Below are positions 13,435 to 27,264 of a stretch of 64,000 nucleotides of DNA, one piece after another (position 1 is the first letter of the stretch; each line of letters starts with the position of its first letter). Source of the stretch: Octopus vulgaris (lineage: Eukaryota). The notes under the pieces are model-generated. The model searched no databases. It had not been told where the DNA came from and worked only from the letters and a program-made list of their open reading frames with translations. The translations under genes were made by a program, and so were the position numbers. The stretch lies in contig OX597823.1 in NCBI GenBank assembly GCA_951406725.2, positions 13,330,001 through 13,394,000 on the forward strand. Direction: 5' to 3'.

Positions 13435-13832
13435 TACACGAGCAAAACGCCCCCCCCCCCGTTCAATGGACGGTGCTGAGTTGTCCAACATTTAAACCAA
13501 ATTTTCTCAAAACTACTTGTCCGAACGTCCCATAGGCCTCCCCTTTGAGAAAAAATGATTTAACATAAATTTGAGACACCAGCCAAAGAAGAAATAAAGA
13601 CGATTTTCTCGCGTACGCGTAGTATCGATCGCAACAGCTGACGTACTTGCGCGTTCAAATGCACGTTCCCACGGCTTTAACGATCGCATTCTCACCTGGA
13701 ATCGATTTTGATAATTTTTTCAAGAATTATACACGCCCGGATACCGTCGGTATCTACAAATCAAATTTGAGCGCAAGCGGATTGGGGATGCCCGAGACAC
13801 ACACACAGACAGACAGAACGGATTTCGTATAA
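13435..13832 (+). mobile_element. Non-autonomous Helitron-like element (tentative)
   Basis: Ends with CAAATTTGAGCGCAAGCGGATT...ACACACAGACAGACAGAACGGATTTCGTATA, the layout of small invertebrate Helitron-type elements with an (ACAG)n tract. Single copy in this window. Confidence 0.4.
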
Positions 13833-13839
13833 CAGTTAT

Positions 13840-14247
13840 ATGCGCAGGAGTAGCTATAGGGGTAGGAGTGGCTGTGTGGTAAGTAGCTTGCTTACCGACC
13901 ACATGGCTCTGGGTTCAGTCCCACTGCGTGGCACCTTGTGTCTTCTAATATAGCTTCGGGCCGACCAAAGCCTTTGAGTGGATTTGGTAGACGAAAACTG
14001 AAAGAAACCCGTTTTATATGTATATATATGTATGTGTGTGTGTATATGTTTGTGTGGCCGTGTTTGTCGTAAAAGACAACCGATGGTGGTGTGTTTAAGT
14101 CCCCGTAACTTAGCGGTTCGGCAAAAGAGCCCGATAGAATAAGTACTAGGCTTTCATAGAATAAGTCCTTGGGAGTATTTGCTCGACTAAAGGCGGTGCT
14201 GCAGCATGGCCGCTGTCAAATGACTGAAACAAATCAAAGAGTAAAAA

Positions 14248-14249
<2 letters not shown>
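13840..14249 (+). mobile_element. SINE family A with short duplicated head
   Basis: GCGCAGGAGTAGCTATAGGGGTAGGAGTGGCTGTGTGG followed by the standard body and tail. Confidence 0.9.
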
Positions 14250-14302
<53 letters not shown>

Positions 14303-14336
14303 TGGAGTTTAACGCAGGTGTAATTCAAATACTTTT

Positions 14337-14425
14337 ACTACCGACACATGTTTCGAAGATATCACTGATTATATTCCAAAGGAATAAAATGGTGTAAATC
14401 AATGTAATCTTCTCTTCAGGGATGT
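14337..14425 (-). ncRNA. Type I hammerhead ribozyme motif with extended stem II
   Basis: Minus strand: ACATCC-CTGAAGA-GAAGAT...ATCTTC-GAAA-C-ATGT-G-TC-GGTAGT. Stem II extends (ATTGATT/AATCAGT, TATTCC/GGAATA); GUC triplet; palindromic ACATGT at stem III. Stem I only partly paired. Confidence 0.7.
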
Positions 14426-14476
14426 GAATAAATGCAGCTCGTCAATAAGATAATCGGCAAGCTTTTGTTGCATTTA

Positions 14477-14924
14477 CAGGATGGGACAGAGAAGACGGAC
14501 GTTTTTGGAATGGCTATTAATCAACCCCAAAAGGATGGATATATATCCGACAGGTACTATTCGGTCCATGGTGTCTTGGCATTTTTTCCCCTTTTCAAGT
14601 AAAGCCATGGCGCTGTGGGCGATAAAGCATCGCGTGTTTACCTACCACAGTTACCTGAAGAATAACGAGTCTGTTAAAGCAGTAAAGCGTGAGTTTCGGC
14701 GCTACATCAACATTGGCTAAGATTAGGTTGTTCTCACCTGTTACACAATCTTTCGGTGGGTGAATGCGCTTCGTACACGTAAACATGATCGCTGCTGTTT
14801 TCCACACTTGGTTTTGACAAATACTAATTCAAAACAAATACATTGATGGCAATGAAATATGGCTGCTAAAATGGATCATTTTGTGAAATTTTCCAAAACG
14901 TCCGTCCACTCTGACCCCACCCTG
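14477..14924 (+). mobile_element. Internally deleted Tc1/mariner element, relative of 40420-41700
   Basis: TA-flanked TIRs CAGGATGGGACAGAGAAGACGGACGTTTT / AAAACGTCCGTCCACTCTGACCCCACCCTG. Retains the N-terminal MALWAIKHRVF...KNNESVKAVKREFRR. Confidence 0.85.
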
Positions 14925-15850
14925 TAAAAAGGGATTTACGAAATATAAAGCTGATATAGACAGACCTTCTAGCAACTGTATAGGGTATCACAACTGTATA
15001 CGTTTTGGAAAGCAATTGCCTTTGCTAAATAAAAGATGAATTCTCCACAGAAATACAAATGATTTATTAAACTGAACGTGACTCTACTAAGAGTAATTCT
15101 TAGTCACCTTTTACTTTTAATGACATTTCTGCTATGGTTCTCACCTACGCACATACATATACATACGAACAGCTGCTTCAAAAATTACATCGAATTACAA
15201 TTATACAGCATAATTACAATGAAGACCGCATAAGAATCACGCCATCAGGGATATTAAAAGTGATTTATAGAATTTCGTGTGACTCTTATACACGTTTAAG
15301 AGTCGGCGGAAAAAATGACAAGACAAAGAAAATATCACGAAGAAAAGAGATAGAAATGAAGAAGTAATTGAACTGTAGAGAAGAGAGGAGAGTAAAATAA
15401 TTTAATAACATAAGTGGTGTAAAGTAAGAATGCATTTTCTGAAACTCGTCATTAGAATAATTAGAACAATGAATAACGGTTATCTCTCAAGATAATACAT
15501 TACTCTGTTTTGGACGATATTTGTTAGTGGGTTTAATCAGTCTGAAGGCTACATTTAGTGCAGTCATAGCAAGGATGCTAGCTACGAAGGATAGACACCT
15601 TTAGGACTATCTGCATGTTGTAACGAGCCTTTTGATTCGCTCGGAATGAATAAGCCGATAGACCAAACTAGAGAACCAGTCAAAGTGGCATTTATAATAT
15701 CTATGACTCTCCCCTAACGAAAAACCTCGCTTTAAGATATCAATTTAATTTTAGCATATATACACCGATACGCTTTAGTGTGTGTGTGTGTGTGTGGTAT
15801 GTGTGTTCGTGTGTATTTGTTTTTGTGGATATAGATCCATTAGATGCAAA

Positions 15851-16234
15851 TATTGGGTCATCCTATAAATAATGTTATTTTTTATACTTCTTGTATTTTT
15901 CAAATCTAAGATAAACAAAGTTCTTTTTTATTTAATCTAAAATATAATCACTTTCATTTTCTACAATGTTCTTCCATTCATCTATTTGACTTGGAAGATC
16001 TCTTTTCCAAAAATACACTTGTCAGTGACGAAAAAATACTCCTCCAGTACTGTTCTAACCACGCCTAGAGAATTCCTATTTTTCCGTCCAAATGAATTTG
16101 AAGACTCCGAATAATCAGATGGGGCAATGCCTGGTGAATATGGTGGATGGGACATTGTTTATTGTATCCCATTCAAACTGTTCCAGCTTTTTTTTTCTGG
16201 AATTAAAAAAACGCAGTATTTATGGGATGGCACA

Positions 16235-16237
<3 letters not shown>
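15851..16237 (-). mobile_element. Mariner deletion derivative
   Basis: TIR-like ends TATTGGGTCATCCTATAAATAATG / CAGTATTTATGGGATGGCACAGTA. Minus strand encodes HPPYSPGIAPSDY (mariner YSPDLAPSD). Confidence 0.8.
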
Positions 16238-16301
<64 letters not shown>

Positions 16302-16501
16302 GAAGCATGACTGTCAACACTACTACATGAACCCGAAGATTGCAGAATTCAATGCATGAAAGTACTAGTTCAATCAGAATGAATATTTAACATTCTACTA
16401 TTTCATTTTATTTTATTCAATTATAATATATTATCTTATAATATATCATTATAAGATTGTAAATAAAACGTGAAAATCAGACAAGGTTGGAATTCTTTTT
16501 A

Positions 16502-16705
<204 letters not shown>

Positions 16706-16706
16706 A

Positions 16707-16760
<54 letters not shown>

Positions 16761-16870
16761 TATGTATGTATATATGTATATATGTATGTATATATTTATA
16801 TATGTGTGTGTGTAATACACACACACTCTTGTACACACATATATGCATGCATATCTGCATGTATATATAC

Positions 16871-16939
<69 letters not shown>

Positions 16940-17654
16940 ATATGTATACATGCAGACATGTATACATATTATATATATAATATATATATGTATATGTATC
17001 CGTCTCTCTCTCTCTATCTCTCTATGTATATATATACATGTATTCTTTATATGTATGTTTCTATGCATGAATGCACGCATGTATGTGTATATGTATGTCT
17101 AGAAATCTCTTTTGATTCACCAGACGTGATGAGATACAAGACCTCAAGAGAAGCGTTAACTATTCTTTAATGCATTATAACTAAAAGGCTTTTACTTCAA
17201 GTAGAGTGGCAAGTTTCCGCCTATAATCAGACCGAAACAAAGACAGAATCAGGCGAATACTAAATAGCACTACAACAGTAAATTATACTTTTAACTTTGT
17301 TTTATTTAATATACTAAATACCTCATAATGGTTCATCAACAGTTAGTATCTTATGTGCTGTTGTCATGAATAATTATCACTTCCTTTTTCATTAGTTTAA
17401 GTAATTAGAGGACACTTGCCTAGAGGGCTCTTTCTTGTGTCAATTAAACAGTGGGATTGCTGTATCTCTTCACCATTGTAAGGAAAAGAAGAAATTGACA
17501 GGTGATTCGTGTTGCTATTAAATAAATCACAGAGAAAAAGAGTTTTGTATCAAATATGACCTTGGGTTAAGTAGAAGTAAAACTGGCTAGAAAAGAAGCC
17601 GTTGAGATGATTTGGCCACCTACTCGTAAAAGAACATGGTGACGATTTCATCGA

Positions 17655-17683
17655 GGATGATGATGATGGTTATGATGATGATA

Positions 17684-17714
<31 letters not shown>

Positions 17715-17888
17715 CCGTCATATGGTGGTGCTGATGATGATGACGATGATGATGATGATAACGACGACGATGATGATGATGATGATGACGACGACGATGA
17801 TGATGATGATGATTACGATGATGACGACGACGATGATAATGATGATGATGACGACGGCGACGATGATTATGATGATGATGACGCCGAC

Positions 17889-17926
<38 letters not shown>

Positions 17927-18197
17927 CGACGACGATGCTGATGATGATGATGACTGTCATGTGGTGGTGGTGATGGTGATGATGATGATGATGACGGGGA
18001 CAACGTTGATGATGATGATGATGACGGGGACAACGTTGATGATGATGATGACTACAACGACGACGATGATGATGATGATGATGATAATGATGACGAGGAC
18101 GACGACTATGATGATGACGACGACGTCGACGTCGACGACGATGATGATGATTATGATGATGATGATGATGATGATGATGATGTCGATGGTGATGAAT
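17655..18197. repeat. (GAT)n/(GAC)n trinucleotide array, with a degenerate continuation at 18395-18560
   Basis: Direct inspection; source of the poly-M/H/D ORFs. Confidence 0.95.
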
Positions 18198-19008
18198 GAC
18201 AGGAGCCGGTTCCCGCAAGCACGAGGAGGAGAAACAAATATGAATTATGAATAATAACTGATCATAGTGACCCTCGTGGCCAAGAAGCTGGATTTGTTGT
18301 TAATTTTATGTGGGCGCGTGTTTTCCAGTAGTAAATATGCAACGAGTTTTAATGTAGAAATAATTTAGCAGAATGCTTGTTTGTTCCCGTCGTGATGACG
18401 TGGAGGAGGAAGAAGAAGATGGCAACGACGACGACGATGGCGATGACAATGATGTCGACGACGACGACAAAGATAACAGCGACGAAGAAGATAATGGCGA
18501 CGATGAAGATCAAGACAACAATGGCGGCGTCGATGACGATGACGGTGACATTGAAGACGAACAACCTTTCATCGTACAGCTGATAATTTACACAGTTGTC
18601 CAAGTTATTACTGTTTTATACTTCTCTACAAAGTGACTAAGGTTGAACGTTTTATTCTTTTTATTATAACCCCATATAACCAAAAACATTGATTCTTTTT
18701 TTCGTGCAACTGCGGACTGCAAGTATTTTTTTATGGCCACGGTATTCTAATTAACATCAGTTTAAAAGACCATATGCACACGCACGCTCATATATACATG
18801 CTTACGCATACTAATATTTATACAGCCTGCCCTCCAATTACTTTTACAATCTGAAAAACTCAGAATAAAATATAATAACTCAGCAGGTGTCTTGCAACCA
18901 ATGGAGCGGAGTTGCAAGTTCTCTGATGTTTCCAATAAAATTTTATTTGTTTGTTTATATTTCGCAATACATTCTGCTTAGTTATCCTTTCTTTTCTTGG
19001 GTTACGGT

Positions 19009-19344
19009 TGTTGTATCGATAGTACGACACCCTCTGATAGGAATAGACTGGACCACTACATATAACTAGTAGCTGTCTGTCGTATTCGGCTGTTCGTAGT
19101 TTGGTCTGGGTGACTTAGAAGGTCTCTTTCCCAAAATTCCCAGTTTACATTTCGAGTAAATGCGTTGGTACAGTTTACATTTCGAGTAAATGCGTTGGAA
19201 ATATTGCTTGTTGGTTCGTAAAAGATATTTGGTTCGCTACGTCTTGCTACTGTTGCTGTTTCTATTTTGTATTGTTTGTTATAACACTGTCATAGTGTAT
19301 CCTTTATCTATCGTGGACGATATTGAATGTGTAAGGATATAACA
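19009..19344 (+). mobile_element. 5' LTR of the Gypsy element, followed by a PBS (19347-19357)
   Basis: TGTTGTATC...GATATAACA terminal inverted repeat, then CC and TGGCAACGAGG (TGG-starting PBS), then the gag ATG at 19417. Confidence 0.8.
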
Positions 19345-20340
19345 CCTGGCAACGAGGATTTTTCGAAGCTCACGTAGGTTATTTGACAATTTGTGCGTCA
19401 TACAAATTGTTAAGTTATGGAGAACCTATTAGCTGCAGTAATACAGCTTCAAGAGAAACAACAGGAACAACTACAGGAGCTGCAGAGGCAAATATTACAA
19501 CAGCAACAACAATAGTTAATTGAGTTACAGTCAAGGAAGTTCGAAAATTCGGTAAGTTTGTATACACCAGATGGCGTGGCGAACTCGGTTTCTGAATTTA
19601 CTTATAATCCGGAGTTGGCTATTACGTTTCCTGCGTACAATAGAAGGAACGAGGAAATTGTTAACAAATATTGAAAGCCATGGTGGGATGAAGAGGAAGT
19701 GAGGCTATTATTGCGCAAGGAGCTCCGGCCGAGCATGAACGCTACTGTAACTTTATACTGTCCAAAAAGTCGAGTGAGATGTGTTTCCAAGAAACTATTG
19801 AGTTACTCTCAAAGTTCTTTTGTGACAAAATTTCGTTATTTAACACTCGTGTTGGAACTTAAGGAAAAATGTCGATGATGATTTATTACATACGCCAGAG
19901 TAGTCAGCTCTATGTGTGAAAACTTTAAAATTCAGGATATGATTATATCTCTTATCTTCGTACAAAGCCTTACGGCAACCGGAGATTGGGAATTTCGAGC
20001 AAAGATTCTCTCAAAAATGGAGCAAGTGAACAAGGACGTAACCCTACAGACCATTGCAGAAGAATGTCAAACAATGGTAAACCTGAAGCGCAACGTGAAA
20101 CATATTCAAGAGAAAGATTACGCAAACAAAAGGGTCAATCCGGAAAGAACAACCAGAAAAGAGTGCCAGGCCCCAATCCATGTTACGGATGTGGGGGCCT
20201 ACACTTCAGAAAAGAGTGTCGGTTTAAAAACCGAAAATGTTATAATTGTCAAAAAATTGGTCACAAGAGCACACACTGCAGGACAACATTACGAGGGTCG
20301 AACTTAAAAAGTTCTAAGGTGTTTTCAGCAGAAAGTGAAT

Positions 20341-20505
20341 ATAGGCGCAGGAGCGGCTGTGTGGTAAGTAGCTTGTTTACCAACCACATGGTTCCGGGTT
20401 CAGTCCCACTGTGTGGCACATAGGGCAAGTGTTTTCCGCTGCAGCCTCGGGCCAACCAAAGCCTTGTGAGTGGATTTGGGAGACGGAAACTGAAAGAAGC
20501 CTGTA

Positions 20506-20572
<67 letters not shown>

Positions 20573-20790
20573 TATATATGTGTGTCTGTGTTTGTCTCTC
20601 TCCAACATCGCTTGACAACCGATGGTGGTGTGCTTACGTCCCCCTAACTTAGCGGTTCGGCAAAAGAGGCCGATAGAATAAGTACTAGGCTTCCAAAGGA
20701 CAAGTCCTGGGGTCGATTTGCTCGACTCAAGGCGGTACTCCAGCATGGCCACAGTCAAATGACTGAAGCAAGTAAAAGAGTAAAAGAGTA
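20341..20790 (+). mobile_element. SINE family A inserted in the Gypsy element
   Basis: Full-length copy between the gag knuckles and the protease. Confidence 0.92.
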
Positions 20791-20995
20791 AGATACAAAA
20801 ACAAGAAAACTCGTACACGTAAAATGAATGGTGCAAACATTAAACTACAGTTGGATACGGGTAGTAATATTTCAATCATAAATGCGGATATATGGAGAAA
20901 AATGGGGAAACCGAGGTTTCATAACACAGCGATAATTGCGCGCGGTTTGACGGGCGATAAACTACATCTCATGGGCGAAATGTGTACAGACATTT

Positions 20996-21163
20996 ATAGG
21001 CGCAAGAGTGGCTGTGTGGTAAGTAGCTTGCTTACCAACCACATGGTCCCGGGTTCGGTCCCACTGCGTGGCACCTTGGGCAAGTGTCTTCTACTATAGC
21101 CTCGGAACGACCAAAGCCTTGTGAGTGGATTTGGTATACGGAAACTGAAAGAAGCCCGTCGTA

Positions 21164-21201
<38 letters not shown>

Positions 21202-21428
21202 TGTGTGTGTTTGTGTGCCCGAGTTTGTCCTCCTAGCATTGCTTGACAATCTATGCTGGTGTGTTTATGTCCCTGTTTCTTAGCGGTTCGGCAAAAGAGA
21301 CCGATAGAATAAGTACTGGGCTTGCAAAAGAATAAGTCCCGGGGTCGAGTTGCTCGATTAAAGGCGGTGCTCCAGCATGGCCGCAGTCAAATGACTGAAA
21401 CAAGTAAAAGAGTAAAAGAGTAAAAGAG
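20996..21428 (+). mobile_element. SINE family A inserted in the Gypsy protease
   Basis: Full-length copy with (GTAAAAGA)n tail; protease sequence resumes after it. Confidence 0.92.
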
Positions 21429-23373
21429 ACGTCACATATCGAGGAGAAACACGCGAAGCAAAATTATTCACTGTGGAGAATAGAATCAATCTGTTTGTTA
21501 CAGATGGGTTGGACTTATTAGACTTATGGAACCTCGCCATAAGTCTCTACTACAAAAAACATAAATGTGTGTCCCGTTAAAAATAAATCGTATGAGGAAT
21601 TGAAAGGAAAATTGAAAAAGATGTTTCCTCAAGTACTATCGGAGGACTTAGGTCTAAGTAAAAAGACTGATGCCTGCTTTTAAGTAAGTGAAAACGCTGT
21701 GCTTGTATTTAAGTTTAACAGAAAAGTACCATTCGCGGCAACTGAAGTGTTGGACAGACTAGAAAAGGGTGGAATCATCAAAACGGTGGACACCTCTAAG
21801 TGGGAGGCACCCACGGTGTGCATTAAAAAGAAAAATAATAATATTAGGCTGTGTGCAGATTTCTTTACAAGATTGAACGACTGCTTAAAGACATGCCATC
21901 ATCTACTCCCGACTCCAGAGGACATTTTCGTAAAATCAAATGACGGAAAAATTTTCTCCAAATTGAATCTGTCTGACGCTTCTTTACAGATTAAAGGAAA
22001 TGACAAATGCTCAAAGTATCTGATAATAAATACACATAGAGGATTGTAAAAATACACCCGGTTAACATTTGGATTAAAAGTTGCACCGGCAATATTTCAG
22101 CAAATCATGGAGGCTATGTCATCTGATTGTGAATTTGCAATCAGTTATTTGGACGATATATTGATTAAGATTAATTCGCGTGAATATCATGTGGAAAATA
22201 TAAAAGCGGTGTTAAAGAAAAATCAAGAGTACGGGATCACTCTGAGTGAAGAAAAATGCAAATTGTTTTTGCCTCAATTTAGATACTTAGAACAAATAAT
22301 TGACAAAAATGGTAGACGGCCCGATCCGCCAAGGGCAGACACAATAAAGAATATGCCTGCTCTGAGAAATATACCAACATTACCAGCGAATCTTGGGCTA
22401 CCAAAACTACATTCCTAATATGCACACATTAAGAGCTCCATTGAATGACTTATTAAAATAGGAAGTAAATCTGAACTGGTTGGTTAAAAGCCAAAACGCG
22501 TTTTAAAAATCTGACAAAATTCTAATCGCAGATTTTCTCTAGCGGATTTCGATTCTGAAATTAACATTCTTGTAGCGTCTGATGCTTCGGAGTATGGAAT
22601 AGGAGGAGTGTTGCTACACAAGTATAAAGATGGAAGTACGTAACCAGTTTCGCGCTCACTGATAGCGGCAAAGAAAAATCTGAATCAGATAGAAAAAGAA
22701 GCCCTATCTATTATCTTCGCTGTAAAAACATTTCACAGGTTTCTACATGGTAAAAGTTTTCTGTTACAAACAGAACATCGACTATTTGCTATCAATTTAT
22801 GGGTCAAAGTAAGGGCTGCCTACTCATACTGCGAACCGACTACAAATTTGTGATATAATATTACTAACTTACAATTTTCAAAATGCAGTAAATTCCATCG
22901 AAAAAAATTTGAGTATCTTCAGAATCAATGCAACGTAGAGTATCAAGACAGACTTCACTACCATCAAGAAATTTTGTTCTTAATGATTTATACATGATTA
23001 ACCACCATATTTCAAATCGTTTAAGTAATACCAGTCTCCCATTAACAGGAAGTTACATCTATCTTCCAAAGTGAAAAGGTTCTGCATAGAATTTTATTGT
23101 ACGTAAATATAGACAGCCGTACAGAACATAAGATTGACATCATATTATACTCCATGGCAAGAAAAGAAAATGAACTTATCACTCATATAGTAGTGACAAA
23201 GGATTTTATTTACGTACATTTATTGAATAGCTACATGAATGTAGCTACTATAAATATTATTAGAGTATTCTCACTCAGCATTTTAAAACAGAATGCAGTT
23301 CTGCTTACCTCGAAAAACTTACGCATGCTCACCGAAATACAGCGAATTTTTTCCTCTAAGAAAGGATAATGAT

Positions 23374-23450
<77 letters not shown>

Positions 23451-23454
23451 TAAC

Positions 23455-24740
23455 GACTCTGACATAGAAAGGTTATATATACAACGTATAGAAGGCGGTA
23501 GAAGTCTTATACAGCTGGAAAACTATTATAAAATAACCACCACAGGACTGCAAAAATACCTACTTCAGAAGCAAGGAAAACTAATACAAATAGCGGCAAA
23601 ACACGAGCAAATCAAAAAACTGTAATTAATGAAGCTGAAAATACAAACAAGATATCATACTACCTAAAAAATATGAAGGAGAAGAAGGGGAAGAAGAGGA
23701 AGAAGACGAAGAAGAAGAAGTAGAAGAAGAAGAAGAAGAAGAAGAAGAAGAAGAAGAAGAAGAAGAAGAAGAAGAAGAAGAAGAAGAAGAAGAAGAAGAA
23801 GAAGAAGAAGAAGAAGAAGAAGAAGAAGAAGAAGAAGAAGAAGAAGCTATAAAACAAATGAAATCCGAACTAAAACTAGAACAGCAACGAACCATGATAA
23901 AACGATGGCAAGAAAAGCCCCTTTCATGGCATATACTGGACTAAACTAGAATACAAACAAAAAAACAATAGACGGAGAAAAATCCCAGCAATGATTGAGA
24001 AGCTCAGGACACAAAACAGATGCTGAGGGATTTTTAATTGCAGCACAAGACCAAAGCCTCCCATCAGAAATTACCAAAATATATAATGAAAAGAAATATT
24101 ACAAGTAACTGCAGAATATGTGGAGATGGACAAGAATCAATAAATCATATTATCTCTAGCTGCCCAGTCCTGCCTAAGAAGGAATATATTCACAGCGTAC
24201 ATACACTGGAAGCTATGCCAACACTATGGAATAACAATAGAAAAAAGATGGCATAGGCACACGCCAGAAAAGGTTACAGAAAACGAGAAAGTAACCATAC
24301 TCAGGGATATGCCAATACACACAGGCCAGATATATTTGTCAGAGATCATGAAGAAAAAATTGCTTTCTAATTGATGTATCAATACCAGCAGATGACAAAG
24401 TTTCTCTAAAAGAAATGGAGAAATTTTCTAAATAAAAAGACCTCGAAATAGAGGTAACTCGAATGTGGAAGCTAAAAACAGAAACAATTCCTATCATAGT
24501 GGGCGCATTTGGTATGATAAAAAAATATTCAGACAAATGCATAACAAAAACATCAGGACTTACAAACACATATAAATAAAGAAAGTTGTACGACTGTGCA
24601 CTGCATATATCCTACGCAAAACACTTTCAATGCAGTAACCATAAGAGCATCACAACAAATCACAGCGCATACCCAAGGTACACAGAGCTGCTCTCGGTAA
24701 TGAAGTGAAAGCACGATATAAAAATAAAACTACTGAATAA
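23455..24740 (+). mobile_element. 5'-truncated Dong/R4-type RLE LINE flanked by (TAA)n, with internal (GAA)n expansion
   Basis: DIERLYIQRIEGGRSL, WQEKP, EGFLIAAQDQSL, CRICGDGQESINHIISSCP, RPDI..LIDVSIP, EKFSK*KDLEIEVTRMW, IPIIVGAFG. (TAA)n on both sides. Confidence 0.88.
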
Positions 24741-24762
24741 GACTAATAACAATAGTAATAAC

Positions 24763-24830
<68 letters not shown>

Positions 24831-24852
24831 CAGCAACAACAACAACAACAAC

Positions 24853-24895
<43 letters not shown>

Positions 24896-24904
24896 CCACA
24901 GAAG

Positions 24905-25180
24905 CAACAACATGGGTCTCATGAGCCAGAAGGTGTAACTGAGAACAATTAATAGAAGGTTTTGTGTGATTTTACAATCTAATGTGATTCCAAACATCAG
25001 TTAGAGAATTGATGTTCGGAGACCAGACGTTTTTGTTGTTGATGAAAGGAAAAACGGAAACGAAGATCATAGATATTGTCATACCTGTAGGTGCACGCAT
25101 AAGCTACAAACAGATGCAAAAGGTGGAAAAATACAAATTACTAAAAGACGAAATAGCACGAATGTGGAAAATGCGTGAGT
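24905..25180 (+). mobile_element. Second, older R4/Dong-like endonuclease fragment
   Basis: PEGVTENN, RRPDVFVVDE, KIIDIVIP, KVEKYKLLKDEIARMWKM. Follows a (TAA)n/(CAA)n tract. Confidence 0.7.
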
Positions 25181-25184
25181 AAGG

Positions 25185-25830
25185 ACGGATCTTCCTTGAC
25201 CTCGATATCCATATCTATTTTCGGAATGTAGCCATCTATCATTCGAACATGTCTTACCCATCTGCACTGTATTCTCAGCAGCATGCCTTTGATAATTGAC
25301 ATATCACATATCTCTCAAATTCTGACATTTGATATCTTATCTTGCCATTTTATGATTTACATACAAAAGGTTTCAAGAAAATGTTTTATATGTCTGTCGT
25401 AGGCAGTTCATACTTCTGTTCCATACAAAAGTGCTTATTTAGTTCTCAGACTGACCCCGTGATAATCCCATAAATGATGGGAAAGTTTTCCAAAAAGCAC
25501 CTGTAGCCTTAGATATGCCGACGTTCATTAGGAGTTCTCTTAAAGTTTAATGAACTTCCAAGCTATCTAAATGACCCGACCCATTTGAGTCAAGCCTCAC
25601 ATTTGAATTTTGAGTATGTTTTGCCCCAAGCTTTGGTTACAATAAAACTTCAGTCTTATTGATGCTGAACACATGAGCAAATGCACAAGCACAAGCATGA
25701 AGGTGTACAATTCATGTTTCGCACAGAAGGCCTACTAAACCTAAAAAGCCTCACTTTGAGATCAAAGGAAAAGTTCACGGAAAGATCCAACGTGATTTTC
25801 TGCTTGCTGATAATTGCGCTGTGAATTTTA
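25185..25830. mobile_element. Highly decayed RTE-like LINE pieces in both orientations
   Basis: Minus strand ALLYGTEV*TAY near 25400-25437; plus strand FRTEGLLNLKSL..LLADNCA near 25715-25820. Confidence 0.5.
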
Positions 25831-27264
25831 ATACATCTGAGGAGCGAAAGTCTGAGAAATGGAATTAACGGCAGGAAGACACCCTTTTGGTGAAGTAAAA
25901 ATTGCTCTGGGTATTTCCAAGGTAATAATAGTACTACTGTGGGAAAATCTACAAGAAATTTGGATTTGAACACAGGGTAAAGTAGTATGACCACAAAGCA
26001 AAATAGGTTATAGACTGTGATCGCAAAGCCTATTACGGGACATGAAAAATCAAACTGTTAAGCAAATAGAACTCACGCCTAAATACTATCCTGCTCAATT
26101 AAAAGGAAATAAAGTGCTGGTAAATAATGTGCTGCTGGCCGGTTTGATGGAAAACCCCTGGATATAAAATACCACCTTCAGAGAATTTGTAATTGCCGTT
26201 CCAATTTCATGACCTTAATTTTAGTAGGAGCCTTAGAAAGAGAGAGATAAACGATAGATTGATAATTTGGGACGGATTTAATTAGCACATTGAGTGGACA
26301 ATTTAAAGTTTCTAGTTTTTGTTTGAGAATAAAGAGTAAAGATAGAAATGGTTCTCCCTTTTGACTGAGTAGTTGTTCATCCAACTAGATATATCATCCA
26401 AATTATCTCATTTTAACAAGTCGGTGTTTTTTCCGTCCGTCTGTGCTGATTTTAAACCCATTGAAAACAATTCTGCCTTTCATTCTTTCGGTATCAATAA
26501 CAAAGAATATTTTAACCACTACAGAATATTGGTGGTGTTACATGTTTTGCACCATGTGACCTGAGTTTTTATGTTCTAACAACAGAGACTGCAACGGCAC
26601 CGGTTTAAAGCTGTCTTAGCCGAGGTCAGCGGTTTTTGCTCTTTAATAAACATCACTGGCATGGAGAAGGAAGACTTTCAAGGAAGGCAATTATTAGTCT
26701 TTCTCAAAAAATCTTGTTCAGGCCTATACATATATGTGCAGACGCATGAACAACGGAGGTCATGCATATCCCCTCAAAATACACATAACCATCTTATATA
26801 AACGGGAAAGACTTAGTGTAATTCTAGATAGAGTCTCATATAAAAAGCAAAAATAATCACAACTGTGATGTCTTTCATCTTAGGTCCCCCGATCACAGAT
26901 GAGCCGGGTTGAAAAAAAAAATGAATCAGAGTATTACTATGGTATGTTCGCTTATAACACGATTGCTAACAGTGTCATTAAATATATTGAAACTTGGATA
27001 TTTTCTGTTTCTTCCAAATGTGTAATCCTCGTGCAAAGTTACAAACCGTTGTTATTCTTTCATTTTTTTTTTATTCTTTTATTGCTTTCAGTCATTAGAC
27101 GGCTGCCATGTTGCTACATTATCTCCGTTCTTTTGTAGCCACTCATATTGACATCAGACTGTTACTTATGTTATCGACCTGTATTTATCGAACAGTTATG
27201 TTACCTTTTGATGTAAGCCGACGCAAATCGATAAATCGTTTCACAACTGCGTATATATATATGT

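Larger units (their letters stand above)
19417..22910 (+). pseudogene. Ty3/Gypsy (Mag-like) gag-pol relic: gag, protease, RT, RNase H; truncated before integrase
   Basis: Twin knuckles CYGCGGLHFRKEC / CYNCQKIGHKSTHC, LDTGS protease, SKWEAP..IRLCADF, YLDDILI, DASEYGIGGVL, EKEALSIIFAV. Stops, frameshifts and two SINE insertions. Confidence 0.92.

Noticed and set aside
17620-18636. Poly-His/Met/Asp ORFs
   Set aside because: Produced by GAT/GAC repeats; no splice or domain support.
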